Part shown: one piece after another, positions 1-13,221 of the stretch
Layout of the letters: each line of letters opens with the position of its first letter
Numbering within the stretch: the first letter of the stretch is position 1
Source: Eledone cirrhosa
Taxonomy: Eukaryota
Assembly (NCBI GenBank): GCA_964016885.1
Contig: OZ024742.1
Span: forward strand, 153,512,001 to 153,576,000
Length of the DNA: 64,000 bases
Direction of reading: 5' to 3'
The notes under the pieces: generated by a model
Databases searched by the model: none
What the model saw: only the letters and a program-made list of their open reading frames with translations
What the model was told of the DNA's origin: nothing
Made by a program: the position numbers and the translations under genes

Positions 1-294
1 GAATTAACAACCCAACAAGGAACTGGGCATATCAGAGTATTGACAATATCATACACCTAAACAACATATGTACTTGTCTATACCATACTAATTCAAACTG
101 CCTGAAGAGGTCACAGCCAAAGATGGCTGTCACTGAAATATATATAGCAGTAATAAACGAAGCTAAATTTTAATCATTTGACTTTTATTTAACTTTATTT
201 TACGCTACTCCGGAGTAACCAGACCAACCTGCGCACTTCGTCGAGTGCTCCAGCCTGCATACTGAGGTGTTGGTATACAACCAACATAAACTCA

Positions 295-297
<3 letters not shown>
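1..297 (+). mobile_element. 3' end (pseudo-LTR) of a Penelope-like element, cut by window start
   Basis: HHR followed immediately by AATAAA (152-157), ending in (TA)n; same layout as the other PLE pLTRs here. Confidence 0.65.
97..151 (+). ncRNA. Minimal type I hammerhead ribozyme
   Basis: actgc CTGAAGA ggtcacagcca-aaga-tggctgtcact GAAA tatata TA gcagt: stem I actgc/gcagt, long stem II, palindromic stem III. Confidence 0.9.
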
Positions 298-336
<39 letters not shown>

Positions 337-535
337 GGATATTTATTATACATATATATATATATAAATAATATATATATATTATATATAAATATATTAT
401 ATATGCATAAGTTTTATTTAAAATTGTTGGGTTACAACGAGTAAATATTTTATAACTGATATAAAAGCACTCAACGATTTTTGTAGTATTTTACGATATT
501 AAACAAATGGAAACTACATTTATAAAACCATATTT

Positions 536-599
536 ATTTCATTATATATATTTCAGGGATATCATATTAAACATATGGTATGCCCTCGTCAGACAAAAT
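536..599 (-). ncRNA. Type I hammerhead ribozyme (pLTR)
   Basis: Reverse strand attttgt CTGACGA gggcataccatat..atatgatatccct GAAA tatata TA atgaaat. Confidence 0.8.
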
Positions 600-732
600 A
601 CAATATATAAACAGTTTTATAAATAAATTTGACATACATTAAAACTTTACAACTTCCATAACAACTTTTTAAATGGAAGTTGTAAAGTTTTAAGGTATGT
701 CAAATTTATTTATAAAACTGTTTATATATCGT

Positions 733-796
733 ATTTTGTCTGAAGAGGGCATACCATATTTTTAATATGATATCCCTGAAATATATATAATGAAAT
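733..796 (+). ncRNA. Type I hammerhead ribozyme (inverted pLTR)
   Basis: attttgt CTGAAGA gggcataccatat..atatgatatccct GAAA tatata TA atgaaat. Confidence 0.8.
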
Positions 797-935
797 AAAT
801 ATGGTTTTATAAATGTAGTTTCCATTTGTTTAATATTATATATATTATATATATATATATTATACATATATATATATATAATATATATATATACGATATT
901 AAACAAATGGAAACTATATTTATAAAACCATATTT

Positions 936-999
936 ATTTCATTATACATATTTCGGGGATACCATATTAAAAATATGGCATGCCTTCTTCAGATAAAAT
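936..999 (-). ncRNA. Type I hammerhead ribozyme (pLTR)
   Basis: Reverse strand attttat CTGAAGA aggcatgccatat..atatggtatcccc GAAA tatgta TA atgaaat. Confidence 0.75.
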
Positions 1000-2607
1000 A
1001 CAATATATAAACAGTTTTATAAATAATTTTGACGTACCATAAATATTGATCAACTTTTATGTAAGAAGTTGGTTTGGTAGTGAGATGTTTATAAATATTT
1101 AGTGTTAAGCACAGTTAAAAAGAAAGACGGAGAAAAAGAAGAAATGTATGTAAAGAAAAACAGAGAGAAATAGAGAGAGATACGGGAGTGAGAAATAGTG
1201 AGGAGGTGAAAAAAGAGGCAGCTGAGGGAACAGATGAATAATAATAATTCATCATACAAATTGAGAGATTTAGAAGGGAGGGAGTACTACACTTATTTAG
1301 GTATAGTGTTAAGGAGACGGAGAGAAATAAAAAAATGAAGAGAAAACAGAGAGAGAGAGAAAGATAGAGGTAGGGGGAAAAAAGAGGTAGATCAAATAAT
1401 AATAATTATATATGGGGAGGTGAGAGAAATAGGAGAGAAGTAAGAGAGAAAACAAGAGAGAAACTCGAGAGGCAAATTTAAAATAACCGATACTTAGACT
1501 TCATCAAATATAAAGAGGGAGGAGAAGAAAGAGCTATATCTAGAGAGAGGGATGATAGATTTACATCTTTACGTTATGTCCTATCAATTTGAATTATCAA
1601 TTCATATGAAATGGCTATTATAATGTAAATATCAATATTCATGAATGAGACATAGATATATAATGTGTGAAAAATAATGACCATATGTTTAGTTTAAAAT
1701 TCTGAGGTCGATGTACCAAAAACTGAGATAAAACTTCAAAAAATACGGAAATATATAAGTATATATGTACTTTCCGGAAAAGTAAAGAAAGAGAAAAAGA
1801 GAAGGTCATCTCAAGTTCTAGTTGATACTATAGACATACCCATGATCTTACGTGATCAACTCTGTAATTTCTTGTTTCACAGAAAAAAATGTTTCCCTTG
1901 TGTTATAAAAGATGTTCCTATATATATATATATACATAACAAATATTTATTAATACTCTTGCCCTCACATACATGATTATCGTTCATGTATATAATATTA
2001 TGCATATCTGTAACATATCCAGAACTATACCCACACATACATATATATATATATATGTATGCACACATTTATGTACATGGATAGATAAAATAAACAGGTA
2101 AAATAAAATATACTCTGTGATCATTCCATATTCATATTAATACATATGGCCTCTGTACAGAGACAACCAGATATTAATATATCAGCACAGAGATATCAAA
2201 ACGTTAAAAATATTTTCAACACTCCCTAGAGTATCTCGGGCCGTAAAAAAACACAGTATGCACCCCATATCAACCACAGAAATCTACCCTTCCAATTTAT
2301 TGGTTCATTAGAAGCAATCAGAATCAAAAAGCAAACAAAAAACCAAAAATTATTCAACAAAACTTATTTAGCAGAAATCATTTAAAAGATTTAGGAGACC
2401 CTGTTGTTCTACAGATGCTCTTATATTTAGTATAGAAGTTTATCTAGCATAAAATTTATTCAATAGATTGGGAGCATCTACATTTTAGGGTAGTTTAATT
2501 ACATCATTATTATATATTTATGAAGAAGGTTTAAAAGAAAAAGTTGAAGGAATCGAAAGATGTATCGTCAGGTTTCATACATTAATTAAATATCTTAACT
2601 AATTATA

Positions 2608-3310
2608 CTACATTTTAAATTTATATTTATATTTAAAAGTTGAGTTCAATCTATGTCTGCAGCAACTGAATAAATTGCTCCTTAAATTAAGGGAATTTTT
2701 AGATTTTAATATAAAGAATATCTCCTCCACACAGAGGTCACATGTCTCAGATGAGGAATTAAAAGGAATCCCTCTTGAGACAATATTCCAAAACATCGAA
2801 TACCCAACGTTATCATGTTTAAGTTGCCAGAGTAAGCCTGATAGTGAAGTTGAAGATTTCTTGTTTGGATCCGTGAAAGAATTCTTATGATTATTGTAGC
2901 GAAGTTTAATTCTGTCGAGGTGGAACCAACATAGTTAAAATAATTTAAGTTAGTTTTAACATTACAATTGTATATTATATTTTTAACTAAGCAATTGTTA
3001 TTTAACGGACATTTACATTTATTTCTACAGTTACAGTTGTTTAATTGAATATTGTTTGGGCTATTATCGGTATTTAGGCTAGGTTTTAGATTCCTATTAT
3101 TTATTCTGTTAATATTTTGTGCTAAATTTTTGGTGGACGAGTAAGTTAATTTTATAGTATGTCTATTAAAAATTGAGTGATATTTATGTGTTCTAGGAAA
3201 GCATTTGTCAAGAGCATTAAAAAATAGCTTAGCAATGTGGGTTTTAATATTTAGTGAGAAAGGGGGGGCAAACCATATTATATTTCTAGTTCCATTTCTT
3301 TTCTGGCTTT
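2608..3310 (-). pseudogene. PLE C-terminal GIY-YIG endonuclease remnant (Hydra-clade-like, tentative)
   Basis: Manual translation: RNIIWFAPPFS...CNCRNKCKCPLNNNCLVKNIIY...YVGST...NNHKNSF...CDLCVEE...CCRHR. Confidence 0.85.
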
Positions 3311-3633
3311 TGGAATTATTGTAATGTTTTCTATTTTAGTTATTAAAGTTGTTACCGTAATTAAAATTGTTATTATTTTGGTTAGTTTGCCTATTATTAT
3401 CGATGTACTTAATTTTATCTTTTTTCACCTCCACACTATTTCTCTATCCCCTATCTCTCTCTATTTCTCTCTGTTTTTTTTACATACATTTCTTCTTTTT
3501 CTCCGTCTTTCTTTTTAACTGTGCTTAACACTAAATACTTATAAACATCTCACTACCAAACGAACTTCTTACATAAAGGTTGATCAATATTTATGGTACG
3601 TCAAAATTATTTATAAGACTGTTTATATATTGT

Positions 3634-3697
3634 ATTTTATCTGAAGAAGGCATGCCATATTTTTAATATGGTATCCCCGAAATATGTATAATGAAAT
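3634..3697 (+). ncRNA. Type I hammerhead ribozyme (inverted pLTR)
   Basis: Inverted copy of the 936-999 motif. Confidence 0.75.
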
Positions 3698-3831
3698 AAA
3701 TATGGTTTTATAAATATAGTTTCCATTTGTGTAATATCGTATATCTACTCCAAAACTTGTTGAGTGCTTTATATCAGTTATAAAATATTTACTTGTTGTA
3801 ATCCAACAATTTTAAATAAAACTTTTGCATA

Positions 3832-3910
<79 letters not shown>

Positions 3911-4025
3911 ATTATATATATATATCTTATACATATATATATATATTATATATATATATGTATACAATATATATATATATATATATATAATATATATATA
4001 ATATATATATGTATATATGTATAAT

Positions 4026-4107
<82 letters not shown>

Positions 4108-4119
4108 TATATGTATAAT

Positions 4120-4162
<43 letters not shown>

Positions 4163-4241
4163 TATATGTATATATATATTATATATATATATATGTATAA
4201 TATATATATATAATATTTATATATATATATAATTTATATAA

Positions 4242-4291
<50 letters not shown>

Positions 4292-4582
4292 CATATATTA
4301 TATATATATATATATGTATAATATATATATAATATATATATATAATATATATATATATATTATATATATATATATGTATAACATATATATATAATATATA
4401 TATATATATACATATATATATAATATATACATATATATTGTATATATATATATATATATATAATATATATATATATAATATATATATATATATGTATATA
4501 TGTATTATATATATATATATATTATATATATATATATATGTATAATATATGTATATAATATATATATATATATATGTATAAC

Positions 4583-4613
<31 letters not shown>

Positions 4614-4662
4614 GTATAATATATATATATAATATATATATATAATATATATATATATATTT

Positions 4663-4697
<35 letters not shown>
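3832..4697. repeat. Imperfect (TA)n microsatellite ending in (GA)n
   Basis: Directly visible. Confidence 0.95.
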
Positions 4698-4698
<1 letters not shown>

Positions 4699-4732
4699 TT
4701 ACAGTAATCAAAGTTCAGTTTAAGTCATTTAT

Positions 4733-4781
4733 TTGCTTACAATTGTTTCCTCCAAACCGAGGTTTGGATTCTTCGGAGCAA
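4733..4781 (-). ncRNA. Hammerhead ribozyme variant, core CCGAAGA
   Basis: Reverse strand ttgct CCGAAGA atccaaacc-tc-ggtttggag GAAA caattg TA agcaa, overlapping AATAAA. Confidence 0.75.
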
Positions 4782-6322
4782 CTATTTATAACATACTTGA
4801 CCTCCTTTTCAACCCAAGAGACACATAAAACTTATGCGCATATTGATCAACAGTGGGGTGACATTCATCAAATGATATAGCATGGCAGTTTACATATAAA
4901 GTTTACAGGATAAAAATAAAATAAAATATAAACAAGAGTGAAAATAAGAGTGAAAATAAAGATAAACATGAAGCGTTGACAGTCTATGAAGATAAAGCAA
5001 GACGAAAGCTTAGAGTAGTCAGTGTATGAAACAATCTCCCGTGTAGCATGCACGCGTGTTTTATCTATACATGATTAGAGTGCGTCAGAATGATATTTGC
5101 AGGGTCAGGCAGCTGAAGCAGGCAATCGATTTTATTATATAGGCTGAATTATTAAGTCATTTATTGTCATACATCTGTATGATATACAGTCTCAGATGCG
5201 GGGAAACGCCAAAATATCAAAAACCTTCAACATACTATAAACCTTATTGTATCGTAGGCAAGGTCGTACCACTGTCCTTGCTCACACCACCACTCACATA
5301 ATCCATGAGACGCAATATATATATAGAGAACACGCGTCTATCGTATAATTCGCAGTGGTTCAGCATATAGTCAAGCTATAAACCGTATCCAGTCGGTTCT
5401 TAATTAATATATCATGCTGTCCAGATTCCGGAATTGCCTGAATGACTAAGGGGAATTAATGCGTAAGGGGAGGTAACTAGCTAGTTATCTTAGTTACATT
5501 ACTATGCTAAACTACATTAATGGTGATTCAAATACGTGCCTATCATGTGAAGTTATAACTAATATCTAGAGTATGTTACCCATTTATAGGTTAGAGAGTT
5601 GTCCATTAAGAAGTACAAGGGTGTATATATTAGGATCATTACCATCCATTAATTAAGGGGTGTCATATCTGAACGTTCCATAAGAGGAGTCAGACTCTCA
5701 AGTCACTGCTCCATGCAGATGTAATATAACAGTAGGACCTGGTATGGTCCCACTATTATATATGCCACCCGGTAGGCTCCGGGTCATTGCTTGCCTGCAT
5801 CTCCAGTAAATCTTCGGTATGGTCCGGAGATCCAATCTCTCATATAAATGCACTAGTCTGGCCATCAAGCAATAGACAACCCCCGTCTCAAATATAAATC
5901 AATTATGTATCACATCTCCAAGTTAGAGTGGAGTCTATTAATAGGTATTAAAGGAGTCCACATCAAGATGATTACGTGCATAATTCAATGAACTGATCGC
6001 TTACAGTATATAATCACTTAAAAATACGATTATCTATCTAATCATCAATCTATCTCTTGGTGGTAATCCATGCACAGGACTATGCTATCGCAACCAGTAC
6101 CGTGTCCCCAATTTATACTAATCTTATATTTGTGCAATGCAGAATAAGTAGTCCACGGTCGAGATATCAGTATTAGAGGTACAAGGGGGTATTCCCAGGG
6201 TAGGTGGTACTAAAATGCTGTCAGTATTATCTTTAGAGTATAGAGATGGGTGTGGATGTGAGGTGTAAGGTGTGCTACTGATGTTAATTGCTAGGGGTGG
6301 TGCCGTTTCCAGTCTGACATTA

Positions 6323-8805
6323 TTATATATAGGGTTTAAAGTTTTGGAACGAGTGTCGGAAGCGGTGTTGGCAATTTGCGAACACTTCTGATTTTTTATT
6401 AAGGATATTATGTTTAGAGAAGATGATAGTATGGGTCTCTAGTAGACATAGGTTACAACATTTATCAGGAGGTTTGTACGATGTTGCACTACTTACCACT
6501 TCCCATTTAAGTGTATATATTTTATTTTTAGTTTTTAGATAGCGTATGTAGCTAGATAGTGAAGTGGAGTTGCCTAGACTGTGTTTTTTGAAAGAGTGGA
6601 GGTGCGAATTGTATCTAGTTTTGAAGCAGTTAGAAGTGGAGCCTATGTAGGTTTCAGAAGAGCTGTTAGTTGTGACTGAACATGAGTATATGATATCCTT
6701 GGTTAAGCATTTTTTATCTAAAGGGCAGGTTCTACTTGATCTACAGTTACAATTACTCTGGGTGCTAGTCTGCCGGTTACTATGCTGTGTAGAAATTTGG
6801 ATGTTAGCTATAGGGTTATGGTTATGCGGGTTGTGGTACGCAGCGTTAACGTTTACACTAGTGCTATTACTATTATTTCCATTGATATTACGGTTATTTG
6901 TTATAATGTTACTTTGACTGTTATTTTGAATGTTATTTTGAAGGTTTATCGACCGTTGTGATTTAGTTTGTTGGAAGTAAGAATTAATTTTTCTTTTATT
7001 TGTACTAGCTATGTGGTATGCTAAGTTAGGCGTAGTAGAGTATGAGATCTTAATAGTGTTTTTGTTTAAAAGGCCGTGGTACCTGTGGCCGGATGGGAAT
7101 TGTTTATCTAGTAGTGAGAAGAAAGCCCTAGGAAGGTTGGTAGAGACGTTTAAATTGAAAGGAGGGTTGAAAAATGTATTATTTCTTCTTCTATTTCTGT
7201 TTTTATGTCTGGTGATTTGTTTCCTTTAATGTTACTATGGTCATTTCTGTGGTGCAGGTTACTCTTGTTGTTACAATCCCTATTAGTGTGTGTGCAGTTG
7301 CTATTCCTATTATTAAATTTTCCCATGGACATGTTTTGTGAAATGATGTTGTAGCTATGTGTTTTTGTAGGTAGGAACTCTATCCCTGTATTATGGCCTG
7401 ATCTAGCTAATGCCTGATTATAATACTGCGAGTTATTGTTAAATGTGTTTATGTCATAGGATAGATTAGAGATTCTATTAGATACTCCCTTAGAGATAGA
7501 GTTCAATATAGATTTAGGGTGGTTAGACTTGGTATCTACGTAGATGAGTTTTTCATTAGGTTTGTGGAAAGGTGCATTAATCATTGAGTCTAAGTAGAGT
7601 GTGGCATCTAGGAAGTTGACGTTTTTGGTGTTTTTGTCCATGGTAATACTAAGGTTAAAGTTTTTGAATGTTTTGTGCAATAGTTTTCTAGTCCTTTCTA
7701 TATTGAATTTTTTATAGTCTATAAGTAGAAGTGCATCGTCGCGATACAAACCACCGCTGAGGTACGGAAGTTCCCTGTGGATTAGGTTAAGTAAGTATAG
7801 GCCGACCAAATCAGTGACCTGCGCCGAGTTACTAGACCCCATAGTAATGTCGAAGTTGTTTTGCGTATCCTTGCGGGTCCATAATTGGTCCTCAAAGGTG
7901 ATTATTGTTTTACGGGCCGCAAGTATGACATCAATCTGGGGTCTAGTCAAGTCACTATTGTCCATGGCCATTATAAGTGCCTTATTTAGTAGGATAGGGG
8001 AAATAGAGGTGCAGTAAGAGTTGATATCAAATTGAATACATTTTTTATCCTTGTTATCTATGATATTTTTGAACCATTCAATCACTTCACCCGTATTTCC
8101 CCATTGCTTAAGGTAAATCTTGTGTTTAATCTGTGGGATGATTTTGTCTAGGATTATTTTACTGATAATGCCAATGTCAGACCTGGAGGGGCAGATTAGT
8201 CTAATCGAGGGGTTGCTAATGAAGTCCACCTTATGGTCCTTCAGAGAGTATCTAGGGGGGTTTAGGGTGTAAGGTTGTGTATGTCTCTGGAGCCCTAGTT
8301 TGGATACTATATTATAGCCTTCCATATTAATATCTTCTAAGTTTTTCATAGTGGTTTTCTTGTAGCTTTTATGTAGTTCATTATATATAAACTTTCTATA
8401 CGTATTATAATCTAGGCTGTATATGTTATTAGTTTTGTCGGCATGTACAAACATTTTACTACTAGTTTTGAAGTCATTAATAGAGGTGCTAAGTTTGTTT
8501 AAGAAGGTGTTGTTTTTATTATGGTGTTTTTTGTATTTAATGTTTTTAACTAGTTTAATTAGGTCGTTTTCGAAGAGGTTTAGTAGTGTGTTATGAGGGG
8601 GGCTTCTAAATGTTTTAAAGCCGAAGGAGTCAAATTTGTTGGTGTTATTATCCTTGCCAGATTTGTTTCTATCATAATGGAATGTCCTCCATCTCACTCT
8701 ATTGATAAAGGAGTTTACACTGTTGATCAACAACTTTTCATATGTATTTTTGGTTGGTAAAGGAATGTTCTTGGCTGACATAGGGAGTTGGTCTTTGATC
8801 AGCAT
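6323..8805 (-). pseudogene. PLE polyprotein: reverse transcriptase + GIY-YIG endonuclease, one frameshift near 7200-7228
   Basis: ORF 7150-8805 has ADKT, FDI, MGS, GLYRDD, FLD, SNHP. Second open frame to TAA at 6323 has FFNPPF, CNCRSSRTCPLDKKC, IIY..YIG, CNLCLLE, CQHR. Confidence 0.93.
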
Positions 8806-9060
8806 GCTGGTAATTTATGGTATATCAGCTCAACAAAATAGAGCAGTTATTAGTATTAAGGGTACTATTTATGGTTATGTATGAAATAAAACCTTTGATG
8901 GTAATATATTATATATACACAAACCCTAAATAGTGAGAGATAGTCATTAATTACTATCCTATTACCAGTAAGATAAATAGCTCAATGTAATAACATCAGT
9001 TGTTTTACAGAGCAGTTATATAGAGATTACAGTAATCAAAGTTCAGTTTAAGTCATTTAT

Positions 9061-9109
9061 TTGCTTACAATTGTTTCCTCAAAACCGAGGTTTGGATTCT
9101 TCGGAGCAA
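9061..9109 (-). ncRNA. Hammerhead ribozyme variant, core CCGAAGA (5' pLTR)
   Basis: Same as 4733-4781 with one stem II substitution. Confidence 0.75.
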
Positions 9110-9747
9110 CTATTTATAACATACTTGACCTCCTTTTCAACCCAAGAGACACATAAAACATATGCGCATATTGATCAACGGTGGGGTGACATTCATCAAA
9201 TGATATAGCATGGCAGTTTACATATAAAGGTTACAGGATAAAAATAAAATAAAATAAAAACAAGAGTGAAAATAAGAGTGAAAATAAAGATAAACATGAA
9301 GCGTTGGCAGTCTATGAAGATAAAGCAAGACGAAAGCTTAGAGTAGTCAGTGTATGAAACAATCTCCCGTGTAGCATGCACGCGTGTCTTATCTATACAT
9401 GATTAGAGTGCGTCAGAATGATATTTGTAGGGTCAGGCAGCTGAAGCAGGCAATCGATCTTATTATATAGGCTGAATTATTAAGTCATTTATTGTCATAC
9501 ATCTGTATGATATACAGTCTCGGATGCGGGGAAACGCCAAAATATCAAAAATCTTCAACATACTATAAACCTTATTGTATCTTATTTTCACTCTTGTTTT
9601 TATTTTATTTTATTTTTATCCTGTAACCTTTATATGTAAACTGCCATGCTATATCATTTGATGAATGTCACCCCACTGTTGATCAATATGCGCATAAGTT
9701 TTATGTGTCTCTTGGGTTGAAAAGGAGGTCAAGTATGTTATAAATAG

Positions 9748-9804
9748 TTGCTCCGAAGAATCCAAACCTCGGTTTGGATTCTTGGAGGAAACAATTGTAA
9801 GCAA
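9748..9804 (+). ncRNA. Hammerhead variant with 8-nt insertion (inverted pLTR)
   Basis: ttgct CCGAAGA atccaaacctcggtttgga[ttcttgga]g GAAA caattg TA agcaa. Confidence 0.6.
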
Positions 9805-10014
9805 ATAAATGACGTAAACTGAACTTTGATTACTGTAATCTCTATATAACTGCTCTGTAAAACAACTGATGTTATTACATTGAGCTATTTATCTTACTGG
9901 TAATAGGATAGTAATTAATGACTATCTCTCACTATTTAGGGTTTGTGTATATATAATATATTACCATCAAAGGTTTTATTGCATACATAACCATAAATAG
10001 TACCCTTAATACTA

Positions 10015-11080
<1,066 letters not shown>

Positions 11081-11880
11081 TAGACAATTTATTCTTAAAG
11101 CTTGCTAGATTTGATTATGTATATGTATAATTATGCTAATTAGAAGAAGAAATAGTATATATTTTAATATCTGATTGATTCTATAGACATGATTTATGAT
11201 ATAATGCTCTGATTTTTTTATTTTAATTTATTAATTCTTCATTGAGCTTAAAAGTGAACAGTTGCAACACATATATATATCTTTAATTTAATTTTATGTA
11301 TGTGATAACCTCTATATTTAATAATCTCCCTATTGGTTGAGATTAAATTTGGCAATATATGGCTGGGCTTTCTAGCAGCAAGTCTACCCGCCGTAAGCAA
11401 CTAATCACACGCTTTCTCTCTGGCTGGTACACAGCTAAATAGCGATCTTAGCCATTTTTGAATCTAAATTTGGCGCGGTCGGTTTGAGAAATTAAATATC
11501 TGATTCTGAGTTTGTCTGCTGATGATTCCTAACTCAGGATAATTCCATATTATCTGGATGTCCTAAATAAGGAAGAAACCATGGTAGAGACATAATTACG
11601 GTATGTGCGCATTTCTTCTAAGTTTAATTTTACTACTAATTACATGCGGTTGATGGTATATTTGATCGGATTCTGCATGCTGCCGAAGTGTTTGATAAAT
11701 AGTGGAACGGAGTTAACGCGAACTAGCTACGATCAATTGTTTGTCAGAGATTTCCCCGTTAGAAAATTTATTCTTAAAGCTTGCTAGATTTGATTATGTA
11801 TATGGTTAATTATAGTAAATTAGAAGAATAAATAGTATATATTTTAATATCTGATTGATTCTATAGACATGATTTATGAT
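11081..11880. repeat. Unclassified insert with ~120-bp terminal direct repeats
   Basis: 11081-11200 repeated at 11760-11880; (TA)n on both sides. Confidence 0.7.
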
Positions 11881-11934
11881 ATATATTATATATATATATA
11901 TTATACATATATATATACATATTATATATATATA

Positions 11935-11977
<43 letters not shown>

Positions 11978-12084
11978 ATGATACATATATATATACATAT
12001 TATATATATATTATACATATATATATATATATTATATATATATATTATACATATATATATATTATATATATATATATTATACAC

Positions 12085-12115
<31 letters not shown>

Positions 12116-12158
12116 ATTATACATATATATATATATATTATATATATATATATTATAC

Positions 12159-12191
<33 letters not shown>

Positions 12192-12276
12192 ATTATACAT
12201 ATATATATATATATATATATTATACATATATATATATATTATACATATATATATATTGTATATATATATATATTAT

Positions 12277-12320
<44 letters not shown>
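11881..12320. repeat. Imperfect (TA)n microsatellite
   Basis: Directly visible. Confidence 0.95.
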
Positions 12321-12324
<4 letters not shown>

Positions 12325-12545
12325 AATTAAGTTAAAACTGTACATCCACATATGTATACTGAAATACTAGTATGCATATGAATACACACACGTATACATA
12401 TGTAGATGTACCAAGTCTTTCACTGGTCACTTTACTGTGAGTGTCCAGCTATTCTGTATGTAAACACACAGACAAACCGGTTTTTAGAGTCATACTGCTT
12501 TTTGAGGAAACACCTGTCCTCTATTCTCCTGCAAGCCAGACCAGG

Positions 12546-12590
12546 AATATTGAACTAGTTTCGTTGTTGTTACAACTCATCAGCAATATT
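12546..12590 (-). ncRNA. Minimal type I hammerhead ribozyme
   Basis: Reverse strand aatattg CTGATGA gttg-taacaa-caac GAAA ctag TT caatatt. Confidence 0.9.
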
Positions 12591-13012
12591 TACCTTTCTT
12601 CCGACCTTTCTGGAGAATCGTAAAAAGCACATATCGTTATATACTTTTTCTATGAAAATTAATAGTGGGCAGACTAATTTGCATAGAGCGTGAGTGCGTA
12701 CCGGTTCAACGGAGACGATAAAAACAAATAACGAAACGCAATTAAATTTCGTTTCGTTTGTAACTCACTTTTGTATGACTGACGCTTAAACAATTAAGTT
12801 AAAAATGTACATCCACATATGTATACTGAAATACTAGTATGCATATGAATACACACACGTATACATATGTAGATGTACCAAGTCTTTCACTGGTCACTTT
12901 ACTGTGAGTGTCCAGCTATTCTGTATGTAAACACACAGACAAACCGGTTTTTAGAGTCATACTGGTTTTTGAGGAAACACCTTTCCTCTATTCTCCTGAA
13001 AGCCAGACCAGG

Positions 13013-13057
13013 AATATTGAACTAGTTTCGTTGTTGTTACAACTCATCAGCAATATT
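13013..13057 (-). ncRNA. Minimal type I hammerhead ribozyme
   Basis: Identical to 12546-12590, 467 nt away. Confidence 0.9.
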
Positions 13058-13178
13058 TACCTTTCTTCCGACCTTTCTGGAGAATCGTAAAAGCACATAT
13101 CGTTATATGCTTTTTCTATGAAAATTAGTAGTGGGCAGACTAATTTACGATTCTCCAGAAAGGTCGGAAGAAAGGTAC

Positions 13179-13221
13179 ATATTGCTGATGAGTTGTAACA
13201 ACAACGAAACTAGTTCAATAT
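13179..13221 (+). ncRNA. Minimal type I hammerhead ribozyme (inverted copy)
   Basis: atattg CTGATGA gttgtaacaacaac GAAA ctag TT caatat. Confidence 0.88.

Larger units (their letters stand above)
406..3831 (-). mobile_element. 5'-truncated Penelope-like element with tandem and inverted pLTRs
   Basis: pLTR copies at ~406-660 (-), ~673-835 (+), ~893-1210 (-), ~3415-3831 (+); GIY-YIG remnant at 2608-3310; (TA)n both sides. Confidence 0.85.
4696..10014 (-). mobile_element. Near full-length Penelope-like retroelement (RT + C-terminal GIY-YIG)
   Basis: Direct pLTRs ~4696-5253 and ~9022-9581, inverted 5' copy 9582-10014 (of ~8851-9275), RT-EN ORF, HHR in each pLTR, microsatellite flanks. Confidence 0.93.
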
